Shown here: positions 24,350 through 37,524 of the stretch, in pieces | Layout: each line of letters begins with the position of its first letter | Position numbering within the stretch: position 1 is the stretch's first letter | Source of the DNA: Eledone cirrhosa | Taxonomy: Eukaryota | Reading direction: 5' to 3' | DNA length: 64,000 bases | Assembly: GCA_964016885.1 (NCBI GenBank) | Contig: OZ024747.1 | Coordinates: forward strand, 64,108,001-64,172,000 | The notes under the pieces: model-generated | Seen by the model: the letters and a program-made list of their open reading frames with translations, nothing else | The model's database searches: none | Told to the model about the DNA's origin: nothing | Program-made: the position numbers and the translations under genes

Positions 24350-25950
24350 AAGCTGCGGCTATTGTTGATGATTGTTATGTTTTTGATGAGATGTATCCTG
24401 GTGCTATTTTGTTATGAATATAATACTACTGAAGCCTTGCTCTAATATAATTTTGAATTGATAAATCAACGCAAATAAGTGAGACAAGGAGTTGGGCGAA
24501 TTTAGAATATTTTACAAGATAAAACGTTTCTCCCTAGAGGGAGGACATGTAGATCTCGCATATAAGAATATAAATAATTCTCTTGTGTATCTCAGGCAAA
24601 ATCCTTTTATAAGGTAGGTTTTGCAGTCGTTGCATTTGTATTCAGTTTAAGGCAATGTTATGTAAGCAGGAATATGAGAGATGTGAAATACAGTAGAAAT
24701 GAAGTAAAGTAAAATAAAACGAGATACGACTTGATTAAAAGGTATAGGTTTTGTGTATTATTATTCTCCTAAGAAAATGGAGGGATGTTTGAGTAGGAAC
24801 CTGGGAAGATAATTGTGTATGTGAAAGCATACATAGTGATTCATAAGGATTAGTTAGAGAAGTAAAAGTGGATAAGGAGTAATAAGATAAAATAGAATGA
24901 AATAACATGAATGTGCTGGTAGCTGCGGTATAAATGTCTTGTTACTCGGTGGGTAGTCATTCGTTAAAAGTGTTTTCGGATTTAATATCATTGGATTTAA
25001 TATCAAATGTCTATACTAAGTTCCCACTCCATGATCTAGCAACTCTCTTACAGAACGGTCTATAAGTAAACGTGTTTCCACGCATCTAGATTATTCCGAT
25101 TCTTTAAGGACAATTTTCGTTTCCTAATGAAATCAGGTTTTTGCAATTTGGAAGTTCATGCGTTTTTACGTTACGCAAGTTTTCTGTTATGATAACTCTC
25201 CCACATAATTTATTATGATGGACCACTCCCCGGGGTCTTGTTTTATGGCAGTGTTCCAAAACTCAGCAGTGTTGTTGCCGCTTCTTGTAGCCTGTGTAGA
25301 TTTTTCTGTATGCGCAGGATTGCACGTGCCCTACGCAGTCCCTAAAGCATATCGTAGATGGGGTAACTATTTTGGCGCTAGTGTCTGAAACGTGGCAGCA
25401 TCTAAGGCAGCAGGTGTCTTGTTCAGTGTTGAGTGAGAGGTACTGTATAAGCGTTAACACAGTCATCGTTATTCGCACCTAGAGATATTATTGTTTGATA
25501 TAATTTATTTAACGATTTCCGATGTCCTCACCTTTGCATGGTAGGTCAATATATATCCAATTTCATTCTTTATTTACTCATTATTCCCTCCGCACTCCCT
25601 CTCTCTCACCCGCGTTTAACCTCCTTTCTTTGTAATTTTCTCCATCATTATCGTCGCCGTGATTTTGATAATGTTGTTATTATTGATATTATTGTTTTTT
25701 TTTTGTCATTGTTCTGTGAATTGTTTCTGTGTTAGTCGAAGCCAGCATTATAAAGATTGGCGTGTCATATCTGCATCTGTGTCTTCCAATCTTCCATTCG
25801 AATACAAATTCCGAAAACCCTTATTCATAGTTTTTCTTTGATAGTATCATCCTAAAGTTTCTCTTTGGAACTTGCTAGGGTGGCTTAATCGCACCTGTTC
25901 ATACAACAGCTGGTATTTTAGGCTTCGTACATATGCTGAGTCTACGTGGA
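24350..25950 (-). pseudogene. Highly decayed Penelope-like RT/GIY-YIG remnant
   Basis: Collinear motif echoes on minus: LYEQV, AYRKIYTG (VYRKPT), LIDRSVR, LLTNDYP (LxxNGYP), AYITLP, LIYQFK; many stops and frameshifts. Confidence 0.45.
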
Positions 25951-26354
25951 GAATGATGTCTTTCTCCGCATCTTCTTCATAGGCCTTCTCAATCAGGGAT
26001 GACCTTACTCTAGGACACAACGCACTGCTCGGTCTTGGAAACGAACTCAAACCCAACAACATAGACACCGAACCACATGATTATTATAAATAGTGATTAT
26101 TTATTTCGACGTTTCACAAACTACTATTAAAACACTGGAATATACGAAAAGCAGTTTGTATATTGACCAGATACATCTATTTTCCTGCAGATATATATCA
26201 GAACATATATTTTAGTCTCTTAATTATTTCTCTGGTACTGTTGTTGTGTAGCTCCCCAAAACCAAACTAATCGAGCAAACCTATCTTTTTATGGAGGTAT
26301 GTAAACATTGAATTGCATTAATCAAGCTATCAACAATCTACTACTATATATGAA

Positions 26355-26401
<47 letters not shown>

Positions 26402-26424
26402 CACACACACACATATATATGTAA

Positions 26425-26615
26425 TGGTGTAGGACAGAACAAAAGAGAGACACAACATAAGAAATGAGTCTCTGTGGAGGTCACAGAAAGTGTGACGAAA
26501 GAGCTTCGAAAAAATATAAACAACCATTCAGTTATTGAACAACCAGCCAGAAATTTATAAATTTAAGTGAAATCCAGCAACTGCGCGTGTTTTTATTTGT
26601 AGCATGACCCTCCCA
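26425..26615 (+). mobile_element. Penelope-like terminal fragment with decayed hammerhead (26468-26510), between (TA)n tracts
   Basis: gtct CTGTGGA g gtcaca-gaaag-tgtgac GAAA gagc TT cgaa; homologous to 14166-14335. Confidence 0.7.
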
Positions 26616-26667
26616 AATTATAACAATATCTATTTCAACACATAGGATAAGAAATCTTGCAACACAA

Positions 26668-26711
<44 letters not shown>

Positions 26712-26730
26712 CAAAACAAATTAAAAAACG

Positions 26731-26784
<54 letters not shown>

Positions 26785-26876
26785 CCGATGAGATCGATTA
26801 AGTCCCTTCAGAGTGTTGCCCCAGCATAGCCGCAGTCCGATGACCGAATGTCAGAGATATTTTATGACACACCATT

Positions 26877-27068
26877 GGACGGTGGATTGCCAGTATCGGT
26901 AGGGGGTCGGACGCCATGCTTTGACGTATAGAGTTACAGCCCTTGCCATTCTGAGTTCAAATCTCGCCGAGGTTAACTTTACCTTTCATCCTTACGGGGT
27001 CGATAAAATAAAGTACGAGTAATGCACTGGGTAATTGCTGACCATGTGCCAAAACGTAGAAACAATTA
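26877..27068 (+). mobile_element. SINE family A, full length
   Basis: Direct consensus match. Confidence 0.93.
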
Positions 27069-27136
27069 TTTAACTAAATAATCAGCAAGAATGAAACGAC
27101 ATCATCTGTAAGCGTAATGATTCCATAATTCCTTCA

Positions 27137-27325
27137 GTGGATTGGTAGTATCGGTAGAGGGTCGGACGCCATGCTTTACAGCATAGTTACGTCCCTTTAC
27201 GATCTGAGTTCAAATCCCGCCGAGGTTGACTTTGCCTTTCATCCTTACGGGGTCGGGTCGATAAAATAAAGTACCAGTAATACACTGGGTAATTGCTGGC
27301 CTTGTGCCTAACGTAGAAACAATTA
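27137..27325 (+). mobile_element. Young SINE family A
   Basis: Consensus match with a 5-bp internal duplication GGTCG. Confidence 0.93.
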
Positions 27326-28003
27326 TTTCCTTCTGTCTTTATACTCCAGCAGCAGAATCCAACGCAATAACCAATAACACATCCTATCAGTTGCCATGCA
27401 GAAATAAGCGAGGGATGATTTTAAGCATGATAAAAAGCTTCCATATTAAAGATTACGCTTGCGGCATATTTATATTTACAATGAAAAAAGAAATGACGAA
27501 ACAATGGTGTTTAGATTAATATCGGTTATGAATACATTGTACAAAAGAAGTAATATACACTTTCCATTTAAAGTAAAATGTTACTCAATTATTCGTTTAT
27601 TTGCTTCAGGGAGTAGACAGTGGCCATGGTGGGGCATCGTCTTGATTTAGTCAATCATATCTATCCTAGTTATTATTTTTGCAAGTCTGTTAATTATTTT
27701 ATCAATTTATCGATAAATGTCTTGTCTAACTACTACGTTACCTTGACATAAACAGAAACATACACAAAGCCCCCCCCCCCCCACACAATATATATATATA
27801 TATAGCAGACTATAATAGAAGATACTTGCCTAAGGTGCCACGCAGCGGGATTGAACACAGATCCAAGTGATTGCGAGGCGAATTTCTTAACAATTCAGGT
27901 GTGCCAGTTCCTACATGATTACATATAAATATATGGATACCTTTCTTATATTGAATGGTTTTCTTAATGCCTACATTAAACTATCTGTGTGCGTGTGTGT
28001 GTG

Positions 28004-28043
<40 letters not shown>

Positions 28044-28068
28044 GTAGTGTTCTTCTTTTGTGTGTGTG

Positions 28069-28102
<34 letters not shown>

Positions 28103-28117
28103 AAGGAAGAACACTAC
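28044..28117. repeat. (TA)n-centred palindrome
   Basis: gtagtgttcttctttt(gt)n(at)n(ac)n aaaggaagaacactac; one mismatch in the unique arms. Confidence 0.85.
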
Positions 28118-28162
28118 CCTGATTTGTGGTCTCCCCGGTCTCGGCACCGCCGACATGTGAAC

Positions 28163-28211
<49 letters not shown>

Positions 28212-28809
28212 GTATGTATGTATATATGTATGTGTATGCAAGTGTGCGTGTATCAGTATCTGTGCCTGTGTGTATTACTGTGTCTAAATTTTAATCATTG
28301 CTTATGCTATCTGTAGAATAAGAAATATTAAATTTTAGGTATTATCGCATCTTAATCAATTATTTTAGTGCAATGTGAACGAAGGAAATATTTTATTGGC
28401 AAATCAACACAAAATTACAAGACTATTAATTTACTATATGGGAAAGAAATTGGTATTGTATGTTGTTTTGGGGAAGATTATGAAATATTTAATTGTTTTA
28501 TAAAAGGATAATACATAAAAATATATTATTTCATAGAGATGAGAGATTTATTACGCACAAATATATTTTCTTTATTTCTACCCACTTCAACATTCATATC
28601 ATATCACTGTACACAAGTCATACCTTTTTATTGCTATTTAGTCAAATAAGAAAAAAAGGACCTCCGTGTCTGGTAGGAGGAATACTGAAACAAGTTAGTT
28701 GGCCCAAAGGCTTGAAACAGAGGAAATTACATTTAAGACATCCATGGAGAAGGTAGTGTGAAACTGAACGACCGATTAATTCTACCAATCGTTTAAAATC
28801 TACCCTCCT

Positions 28810-28930
28810 ACCCTCGGGGGAAACGCCGTCTCTATTCTGTCCACCCGGACGGCGGGGTGGTCAGCGCGTGGACACCCATTTGCTTATAATAGCAAGATAT
28901 AGGGAGAGCGAGAAAGACGGAGACAGTGAC
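28810..28930. repeat. GC-rich dispersed repeat of unknown class
   Basis: GGAAACGCC..TATTCTGTCC..CCATTTGCT also at ~55605-55665 and, reversed, ~59335-59447. Confidence 0.65.
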
Positions 28931-29214
28931 TATACCAGCATTGCTGAGGTATTTTATGGAGTTAAAGTTTAAGTTAAGTGATTTCGTTAAATACCTTATT
29001 TAACCGTTTAGTTAGTTTCTCGCGTTAAAATTAACATGAGTCTTCCTTATATTTCATTATGAGGCGAAGAACAATAACAGGAAGCACTAAATATATTCAC
29101 TCCTTATTTCTTTAAGATTATCAGACTCATCTAGAAAGTCTATTCAGCACTAATTGTTCCCGGGGTAGGCAGAGCAGCAACGTTGGTTTTCAAATTCCAC
29201 ACGTTAGCCTAGGA

Positions 29215-29543
29215 TGGTATGGTATGGGCCCGTAACTCTTGATAGAATCGTAGGGGCATCGTATACGGCGTTTCTTGGGCATTTCAAGCCATGTGGTGCC
29301 TATCTCTCTCCAGGCCTGAGTACAGCAGGTTTCTTCCAGAGAAAGATAGAAACTGAGAGAGTGGAAATGAGAAAGAGATATATAGAGAGAATCGACCTCA
29401 GTACTAGACTGGTGTTTTTTTTTTATCGACTATGGCACGATGAAAGGCAAAGTTGACCTCGGGGGGATTTGAACCCAGAGAGCCGAAACGAATACAATAA
29501 AGTATTCTATCCAATGTTCTAACGATTCCGCCATTTCGCCGCC
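29215..29543 (-). mobile_element. SINE A-related head with an alternative long tail
   Basis: Same organisation as 15120-15472. Confidence 0.65.
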
Positions 29544-29658
29544 TATTTAGCCCAGGATACGAAATCCAGATCTTTTAGTTTGTTGTTTAGCTCTAAGTCC
29601 GAGATGACCTACAGTAAAAAGCATTCCTGTTGTTATTATTTCATCTATTTCATCTAAA

Positions 29659-29847
29659 GGGCGGTGGATTGGCAGTATCAGTAGAGGGTCGGACGCCATG
29701 CTTTCCAGCATAGTTACGTCCCTTTACGATCTGAGTTCAAATCCCGCCGAGGTCTACTTTGCCTTTCATCCTTACGGGGTCGATAAAATAAAGTACCAGT
29801 AATGCACTGGATAATTGCTGGCCTTGTGCCTAAAGTAGAAACAATTA
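29659..29847 (+). mobile_element. Young SINE family A, full length
   Basis: TSD attatttcatctatttc at 29635-29651 and 29844-29860. Confidence 0.95.
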
Positions 29848-31006
29848 TTTCATCTATTTCCCAAATACAACAGCCAAGGTACTATTAAACACACGATTTA
29901 AGACTTGAACAAAAATTACTGCTATTTCTATAAGATCCAGCGGCCACAAAACAATACTTCATTGCAAGACCGGTTCTCTCATTAGCTCTGCTATCTCAAT
30001 GGCTTGCATGCTCCATCAGTAGCTCACCTTTTATTTCATTGTTCACTACACTACTGACGGAGATATCTGCATTTCTCATTTTATTATAGTTGACGAACAA
30101 AAGTAGTTTTAATTTGATGGATGATAACAGAACAATAAATATAGAAAGAATCAAAGACAATTCTTTGATATGTAAATAATCCTGTCACCAGGAAAGTCTT
30201 AATAGCTCACAAGATATTAACATTTATATTGGTCAATGTCTAGAACCGAAATACGCATATACAGACATTTGCATACATACACACACATACTTACATACAT
30301 TCATTCATACACACACTTACACAAATATCTAGATAGATATGTTTGTGAGTGGAAATATATACATACATATATATATATGAACACAGACACACACACACAC
30401 ATATATATATATATACATATATGACTATACATACGCAAGCACATGCATGTGTCTGTTTCTGTTTAATTATATATATATATATATCAATGTACAAATAAAT
30501 AAGTATAGAAGTGTGTATCAGCCATTAACATATCTATCATTGGAATCCAGACACCCACTTGACCCTGTCGGTCTAGTCAATACTCATATGTTCACATATT
30601 CACATACATGTTGACATAATTGCCCTTCTACATTATCATCACTATCGCTTGAACTAATGTCATCGCTATCTTCTAGCCTTACTCTATCATCATATTTACC
30701 CTCTTTCTTTCTTACTCTATCAACACCTCTCTCTGACTTCCTTCAAAAAATATCACCAATATTTTCATAATTACAATCAACCTTGCCGTCTTCACAAATA
30801 TCCATCAATATATGCATCGTAAACAACTGTCTTCCCCCCATTTTTCTATATTTCTCTCGGTACAGCACGGTCGTTATATATAAAACAGGAAAAGTTTTGT
30901 ATATAAATAAAACAATTCACTCCTTGATGTAAAAATGCAAATCACTTGCCGCTTATGCCTTTACGTGGCTATTTAACCTCGTTTGAAGTTGATTTCGTAG
31001 CTCATA

Positions 31007-31434
31007 CAGAGTGGTCGTCCGAAAGTCTTGTCACCCCCTACCACGTATTTTGGTCATGTCGTTATCGCTTAGTTCATTGACGAATATTGGCTTAAACGAT
31101 TAATATTATCATATATTATATACAGGGTGGTGGATTGGCAGTATCGGTAGAGGGTCGGACGCCATGCTTTGACGCACAGAGTTACGGCCCTTGCCATTCT
31201 GTGTTCAAATCCTGCCGAGGTTAACTTTGCTTTTCATCCTTAAGGGGTCGATACAATAAAGTACCAGTAATGCACTGGGTATATTGCTGGCCTTGTGCCA
31301 AAAGTAGAAACAATTATTATATATTATATTTAATGATATTATAATTAATGATATTATATATTATATTATTAAAACAAAAAAATAATGAAAGTTAAAACAA
31401 TATGTAGGGGTGACAAGATTTTAGGACCACCCTG
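31007..31434. mobile_element. Tc1/mariner-like MITE containing a SINE A copy (31125-31316, +)
   Basis: TIRs cagagtggtc..aaagtcttgtcaccccctac / gtaggggtgacaagattttaggaccaccctg; TA on the left. Confidence 0.8.
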
Positions 31435-31465
31435 TCGGTGTTCGGAATTGTTAAAAGCGTTTTCT

Positions 31466-31788
31466 CAGGACTGGATTTAGACCTTGGGTGATTTGGGGCA
31501 CTTCAGGTTGGGGGAGGGGTGCTCATAAACAAAAAAATAAACAAAAATAGAATACACAGCAAACCCCTGAATTTCACATATCAAAGTTAGCTTGGTACAA
31601 GTAATTGGAATTGAAAAGTTATACATACAGGTATTAAATTAAACATTCTAACCATCCTAAAACTAAAAAGCCCAGCTGAGGGCACAAATAAATTGCTACT
31701 GTTGTCGCAGGTACCCGCCCCACTCTCACACACACTGTAAGGATCCTGGGGAAATTGCTCCCTTTGCCCCTCATCAAATCCAACCCTG
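31466..31788. mobile_element. hAT-like MITE
   Basis: TIRs caggactggattt / aaatccaaccctg; interior homologous to 52955-53167. Confidence 0.7.
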
Positions 31789-33603
31789 ATCACGTGGATA
31801 TTTAACCTCGTTTAAATTTGTTTTAGTAGCTGAGAGGGTCTTTAGTGGACGCCTGTTGTAATAGGCAATGTAGCAATGTATCGGAACAATCCATTGATCA
31901 CCTGTAATGTTCGGAATTGTTAAAAACCACGGGCTTTTTCAAATTCCTTAATAAAAGGAGTAGTGAATTATGATCTACAAGTTTCATAGCTCCTCCAACT
32001 GAGATATACGAATAATATTCATTTTCCTAATTCGTTTTCTCATTTTTTGTTATTAATAAATTATTACATTCCACAAATCAGTTGTTAGCGTTACTTCTAA
32101 TGGGTCATGCGCACACACAATCTCTTTCGCTTCTATGCATCCCGCTTTCTGTAATATTTGCGTGTAAATAATTCAGAGAGAAAGAGAGAGAAGTTGTGAA
32201 AGAGCATGAAAATTATTGGCCCGCTGAAATCCCATAAGCTACGACACTACTGTTTACAAATCGAGGTTTAAAAGACAATTGGAAGGATCACTAATCGCTA
32301 GCTCAGCTAATAAATACTGCAAAACGTTCTTGCTTCGTTGTTCGTTGTTGTAAAACTCTAAGCCAACTTGATCGAGTAGGCCTGTTATGAAAGACCTTTA
32401 AGCTTTTTTTGATTTCAGCAATAGTGTATACGTGTCAAAAGGTTAATGTTATAACACTTGTGACACACATAACATTGTTTCTAGGCTCAGCAAAGATAAA
32501 GTAATCATGAATAACATTTTAATCATGTTAGGGTTGACTTGGCTTTTCGTCCTTCCCCCACCAACACGTCAGTCGGTTGTAAAATGTATCAATCACTCAG
32601 TGGAATTAATTCTATTGATAAACCACGCCTCGTTTATAGCCTGGTACCAATATAAAAATAAATATTACTATTTCCTTTGAATTGCAAATGAGGAATAAAT
32701 TGCCAGCGAATGGTAAGATAACAATCGTGATTTCTATTCCTTTTTATTTCAAAGGATGAAATATTTTTACAATCTATCTTAGTCAGAATTTTATATCTTC
32801 TAATTTATTGGGTTTAAGCATGGATAATATTACACAGAATCGATTGTTGGTAAGAATGACTCGACACGTTTCTGATTCTCTGCTTCATGTTATAACATTG
32901 CTCATTGCTCATGTAAAAGAATAACGAAAAGTAAAACGTGAATATGCAAAATGGATTCAAGGAAAATTAAATAAAATTGTAAAACGTGAAAACAGAGCAC
33001 AAACACAATAAAATAACCCACTGGAATTCGTTAAACTTTTAAACTTAAGGCCAACTGATCCATTGAAGATAAAAATAATTTATCATATTTTCTGATGGTT
33101 ACAAAAAATGTGTATAAAAAATACCATAAATATTCTCAAATGGTATTAGTTTCATTTTCAACTAGGAAGGATGGGGATATATTTTAGAAGAGAATATCAT
33201 GGGGTTCAGGATTGTGTCAAGGACATTGAATAGGAAACTGAATCAAATAAAGTGGTGGCCGAGTAGATTCGTTAGAGCGTCGGAGGAAATTACTGGCGGT
33301 ATCTATCTAGCTTCTTGAGAGCAGAATGTATTTCCCAGTGACATCAACTTAGTCGTTAAATAGGGATGGAGAAAATAGATTACTGATTAAGTACGGGGGC
33401 GGATTTAATCAAATAAACCCCTCCACCTATGTTGGAAATAATACTTAACACTATGACAATATTGGTGAATTGATAGAGGCAGTAGAGCATCAAAAACATG
33501 TTGCTGGTTTGACAGAGGCTGTAGAGCATCGAAAAACGTATTAGTGTCTACCTTTCTTTTCTGAGTTCAAATTTCATCTTAGAAATGTATTATTATTATT
33601 ATT

Positions 33604-34035
33604 GGCGACGGATTGGCAGTATAGGTAGAGCGTCAGACACTATGCTTTGTGACACAGAGTTATGGCCTTTTACGTTCTGAGTTAAAATTCCACCGATATT
33701 AGCATTGCCTTTCATCCTTACGAGGTCGATAAAATAAAGCATCAGTAATGCACTGGTGTCGATATAATCAATATTCTTATCCCCCAAATTGCTGGCCTAG
33801 TGCATATAGTAGAAACAATTATTGTTATCGGATTGGTAGTATCGGTAGAGCGTCAGACACTCTGCTTCACGGTATAGAGTCACAGCCCTGTACGTTAAGA
33901 GTTCAAATCTCGTCGAGGTTAATTTGCCTTTCATCCTTACGGGGTCGATAAAATAAAACACCAGTAATGAACTGGGGTCGATTTAATCGACTTTCCTCTC
34001 CCTATGAAGTGCTGGCCTTGTGCAGAAATAATTAT
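33604..34035 (+). mobile_element. Two tandem SINE A long-variant copies in (ATT)n
   Basis: 33604-33821 and 33830-34035. Confidence 0.88.
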
Positions 34036-34807
34036 TATTATTACGAAACAAATTCAATAATATTCGATGCTTAATATTTACATTGCTCTGATTTCTTCAA
34101 TTTAATCAACTTTAGCAGAAATATTGTATTTAATTAAGCAATTTTGAAATATTTCCTAAAATTTGATTAATTTTGAATGCAAAAAGACAAAGAAATCAAA
34201 TTAAAATAAAAAAATGTCACAAGCCTAAATGTTCTGTCTACCCAGGAAATATTTGAAACATTATGAATCTTCAGAATATATTAAAATATAACCATAGAAT
34301 CACACAATAAAGATATCTGGAACAGCCATTTAGTTTTATATAGCGAAGTGATTAACAACTTAACATATCTTTCATACTTCAAATAACACAATTAATTGTA
34401 TTAAATCCACTATGATGAAATACTTTGTCTTTGTAACTCATATCCCATATTGTCTCACATAGCAATATTTTAAGTCTCCTCTGATTAGCTGAACCCAAGA
34501 CCCAGTTGTTGATCGTATTGTTATTGTTACTGTTTAGTCCAAGATTAGAGTTAATCAAATACTTTATAGCCATGACGATCATGTCTTTCTAAAGTACCAT
34601 ACGATACCAACCAAAAATTCATATTAATAGAAACAATTCTTTCCGAAATTATTGTTCTTGTTGTTTAGTCCCATATTAGCTCTAGTCGAAGAAGAAATCT
34701 GACGAAAACATTATAATCGTGATCAGACTGTTTTTACCTATAACCATAACTACTTTGCTTAATGTGTCGTCCCGTTTTGAAATATTATAAATGTGAATAC
34801 ATACACA

Positions 34808-34922
34808 AATGAGAAGACTCTACACTAGAACAGCCGTTAAAACAGCTAAATGCTGTCAAAGATAGCGATGGGCAAAAATGACAACTGTTTTAATGGCTGT
34901 TCTAGCGATGAGTTTTCTCATT
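34808..34922. repeat. Short fold-back, ~40-bp imperfect arms
   Basis: aatgagaagactc..ctagaacagccgttaaaacag / ctgttttaatggctgttctag..gagttttctcatt. Confidence 0.75.
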
Positions 34923-35550
34923 CTTATATGTATTAAAATACACTCTCGATTCGTCTCGATCAGAGACAACATTGTTTTTTTATTTAAATATAACTGCTAT
35001 TTGGGGGACTCTCGTATTAGTAAACATTTGGCTACAGTAAAATGTTACTTGCCCAAAATGACAGGCAGTGTGATCAAAACTGAGACGACGTGGTTGTAAA
35101 GAGCGGATTTCTGACGAACATTCCTATGCTAGTGACTATTATAAATATATATGTGTTAATGTATGAAAACACATTCATATAGAAATCTATTACATGTAGA
35201 CCAGACCCTCCACATCTATTGATGTATTGGAAAATGAATGGAAAGTTGATATAACATAATCGACTGAGAATTTGTTTCGATTTCAGTACTTGCTACAATA
35301 TTGTCAAATGGCCGAAAAATAATAGGATTCTGCAGGGGAATGTCATGTAAGTGTCTTTTACCAAATGCTGGGTTGGCTCAAGCCTTTCGAATGAAACTGG
35401 GTAAACGAAAAGTGTTTGGAAGTCCATCGGATGAACTGACTCTACTCGTAGTTCAGAGGATCACACTTGTCCTGCTGAAATTCGTTTGATATTAAGAAGT
35501 CAAGATTACATATGTTTCTGGAATAATCCATCATTTATACATCAATGTTG

Positions 35551-35852
35551 AGGAGCGTGGCTTTATGGTTGGAATATTCGTCTCACGATCGAAATTTCAT
35601 GAGTTTGATTCACGAAGGCACGTTGGGTCCTTTAACAAGATACTTTATTTCATGTTGCTCCAATCCACTCAGCTGGCAAATTCGAAGGGTCAACCTTGTC
35701 ACATTCTGTGTCACACTGAATCACTCCGAGAACTACGTTAAAGGTACGCGAGTTTATGGAATGCTCAGCCACTTGCACGTTAATTTCACGAGCAGGCTGT
35801 TCTGTTGATCGGAGCAACAGGAATACTCGTTGTCGTAAACGATGGAGTGCCA
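35551..35852 (+). mobile_element. Full-length SINE family B
   Basis: Collinear with the reverse complement of 22441-22767. Confidence 0.88.
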
Positions 35853-36130
35853 CTACACCTACAACACATTAATACAGTGAGTATAACATTTGTTTGACAA
35901 AAGAAACTGGAACACAGACTTGCATGGAGACCGATGGAGGTTCAGTCTCCATTTTCTATTACTTTACAATGTTCTACTATCGTGTTAGAGATGATGAATT
36001 CAGGATATCACTACGCGCCATTATAACATGCAAGTGAGTGGCTTTACAATTTCTGCTTCCCAACTCGTTTCATAGTATATATAAAGAAAATACCACAGAC
36101 AAACATGCGGAGTAGAACTATGGAACTTAC

Positions 36131-36273
36131 CAGTTCATTGACCATATAAAGAAGTACATCCACATCGACTTCAACTAATTCTGATGGACGAGACAATTCA
36201 GAATAGTCTCGGCCTGGAATGTTCTGACGAATTGAGCGTTCTCTCTCAGATGGGCTTAAATTGAATGCAGGAA
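36131..36273 (-). CDS. Internal coding exon (exon-2 equivalent) of a divergent Cys-loop ligand-gated ion channel / nicotinic-receptor-like subunit
   Basis: Acceptor ttttgtattgtttcctttcag, donor CTG|gtaagt, 143 nt, phase 1 to 0. Peptide xPAFNLSPSERERSIRQNIPGRDYSELSRPSELVEVDVDVLLYMVNEL fits the E-x-x-L...Y-x4-RP...V-x-V-x-h N-terminus; size and phases match nAChR exon 2. Confidence 0.8.
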
Positions 36274-36353
36274 CTGAAAGGAAACAATACAAAAGACACT
36301 ATTAGATAAACTAGATATTATCAATCAATTATGTTGTCAAATATATATATATA

Positions 36354-36615
36354 GCGGAACCAAGCTATTAAACAGAAGGGCCGACTTATTCGGTGCCTGC
36401 AGACACCTAAGGACGGGAACTTTCCTCAAGCTATATGGATAAACCCCTATTAGGCCTCCCACAACGCCCCCACCCCATGTAGGTCCCCTACACCCCGTAC
36501 CAATGACCAATAGACAACAACAACCACCCATAGTTTGTGGTCCCTATGGTGGATGGTCCACCAGATCCTCTACTGGTTAGGAGTCATCAAAACCACGTTT
36601 TATTGAACCTGATTT

Positions 36616-36616
<1 letters not shown>
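36354..36616 (+). mobile_element. Penelope-like element 3' fragment in (TA)n
   Basis: 36356-36442 encodes GTKLLNRRADLFGACRHLRTGTFLKLYG*, matching the LLNKRSELxxxCRH C-terminal signature of GIY-YIG PLEs; missed by the ORF track because it is under 60 aa. Confidence 0.72.
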
Positions 36617-36654
<38 letters not shown>

Positions 36655-36679
36655 TATATGTGTATATATGTGTATTTTT

Positions 36680-36724
<45 letters not shown>

Positions 36725-36934
36725 TTTATATATATATATGTATGTATATTTTATATATATATATGTATTTTATATATATATATTTTTTATATATATATAT
36801 ATTATATATATATATATATTTTATATATATATATTTTATGTATATATATATTTTGTATATATATGTGTATTTTATATATATATATACTTGTGCGTACATA
36901 TATATATATGCACACCTGTATGGATTTGTGTGTG

Positions 36935-37243
36935 TGTAGATGTGTGTGTCTGGGGGGGGGGGGGGGGGGTAGTAGGTGTGAGTGTATGTACAAGTCAACC
37001 AACATAAGCCTTTTATTTCTAAATTTTCTAAACTATCTAAGTATTTGACTCTAACCATTATTTTAAGTATTACCACCCCACATTAATTCCTCAATTTGAA
37101 TGTGTGGATTAATGTGTGTGTCTGTGGAGGTGGGTGTGAGTGTAGTGCAAGCCAACCTACATAAGTCTTTTTATCTGTAAATAAATTTTCGACTCTAACC
37201 ACAAATTTCAGTAGCACCACTCCACATAAATTCCTCAATTTAA
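36935..37243. repeat. Diverged tandem duplication, ~150-bp unit x2
   Basis: ggtgtgagtgta..caag-caacc-acataag..gactctaacca..ttcctcaattt repeated twice. Confidence 0.75.
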
Positions 37244-37524
37244 GAATGACCTGTAGTATCTATTTCATACTAATTAACCTTAATTGAATATATATCTGAT
37301 CTGTGAAAATCAGTCATATGGAACTATTGTCATCTTGCCTGACGGTTTGAACTTTACAACACCACCTGCCTCTTTGAGGTCAAATACCATCTACAAACTG
37401 ACCAATGAGAATCAAGACTATTCCTGCTGACAACATTAAATTATTCCTAACAAGCTCATATGTCCCAAGGCTCTGATACCATCAACACTATAAACACAGA
37501 GCTGGCATATCTAAGAACTGACTA

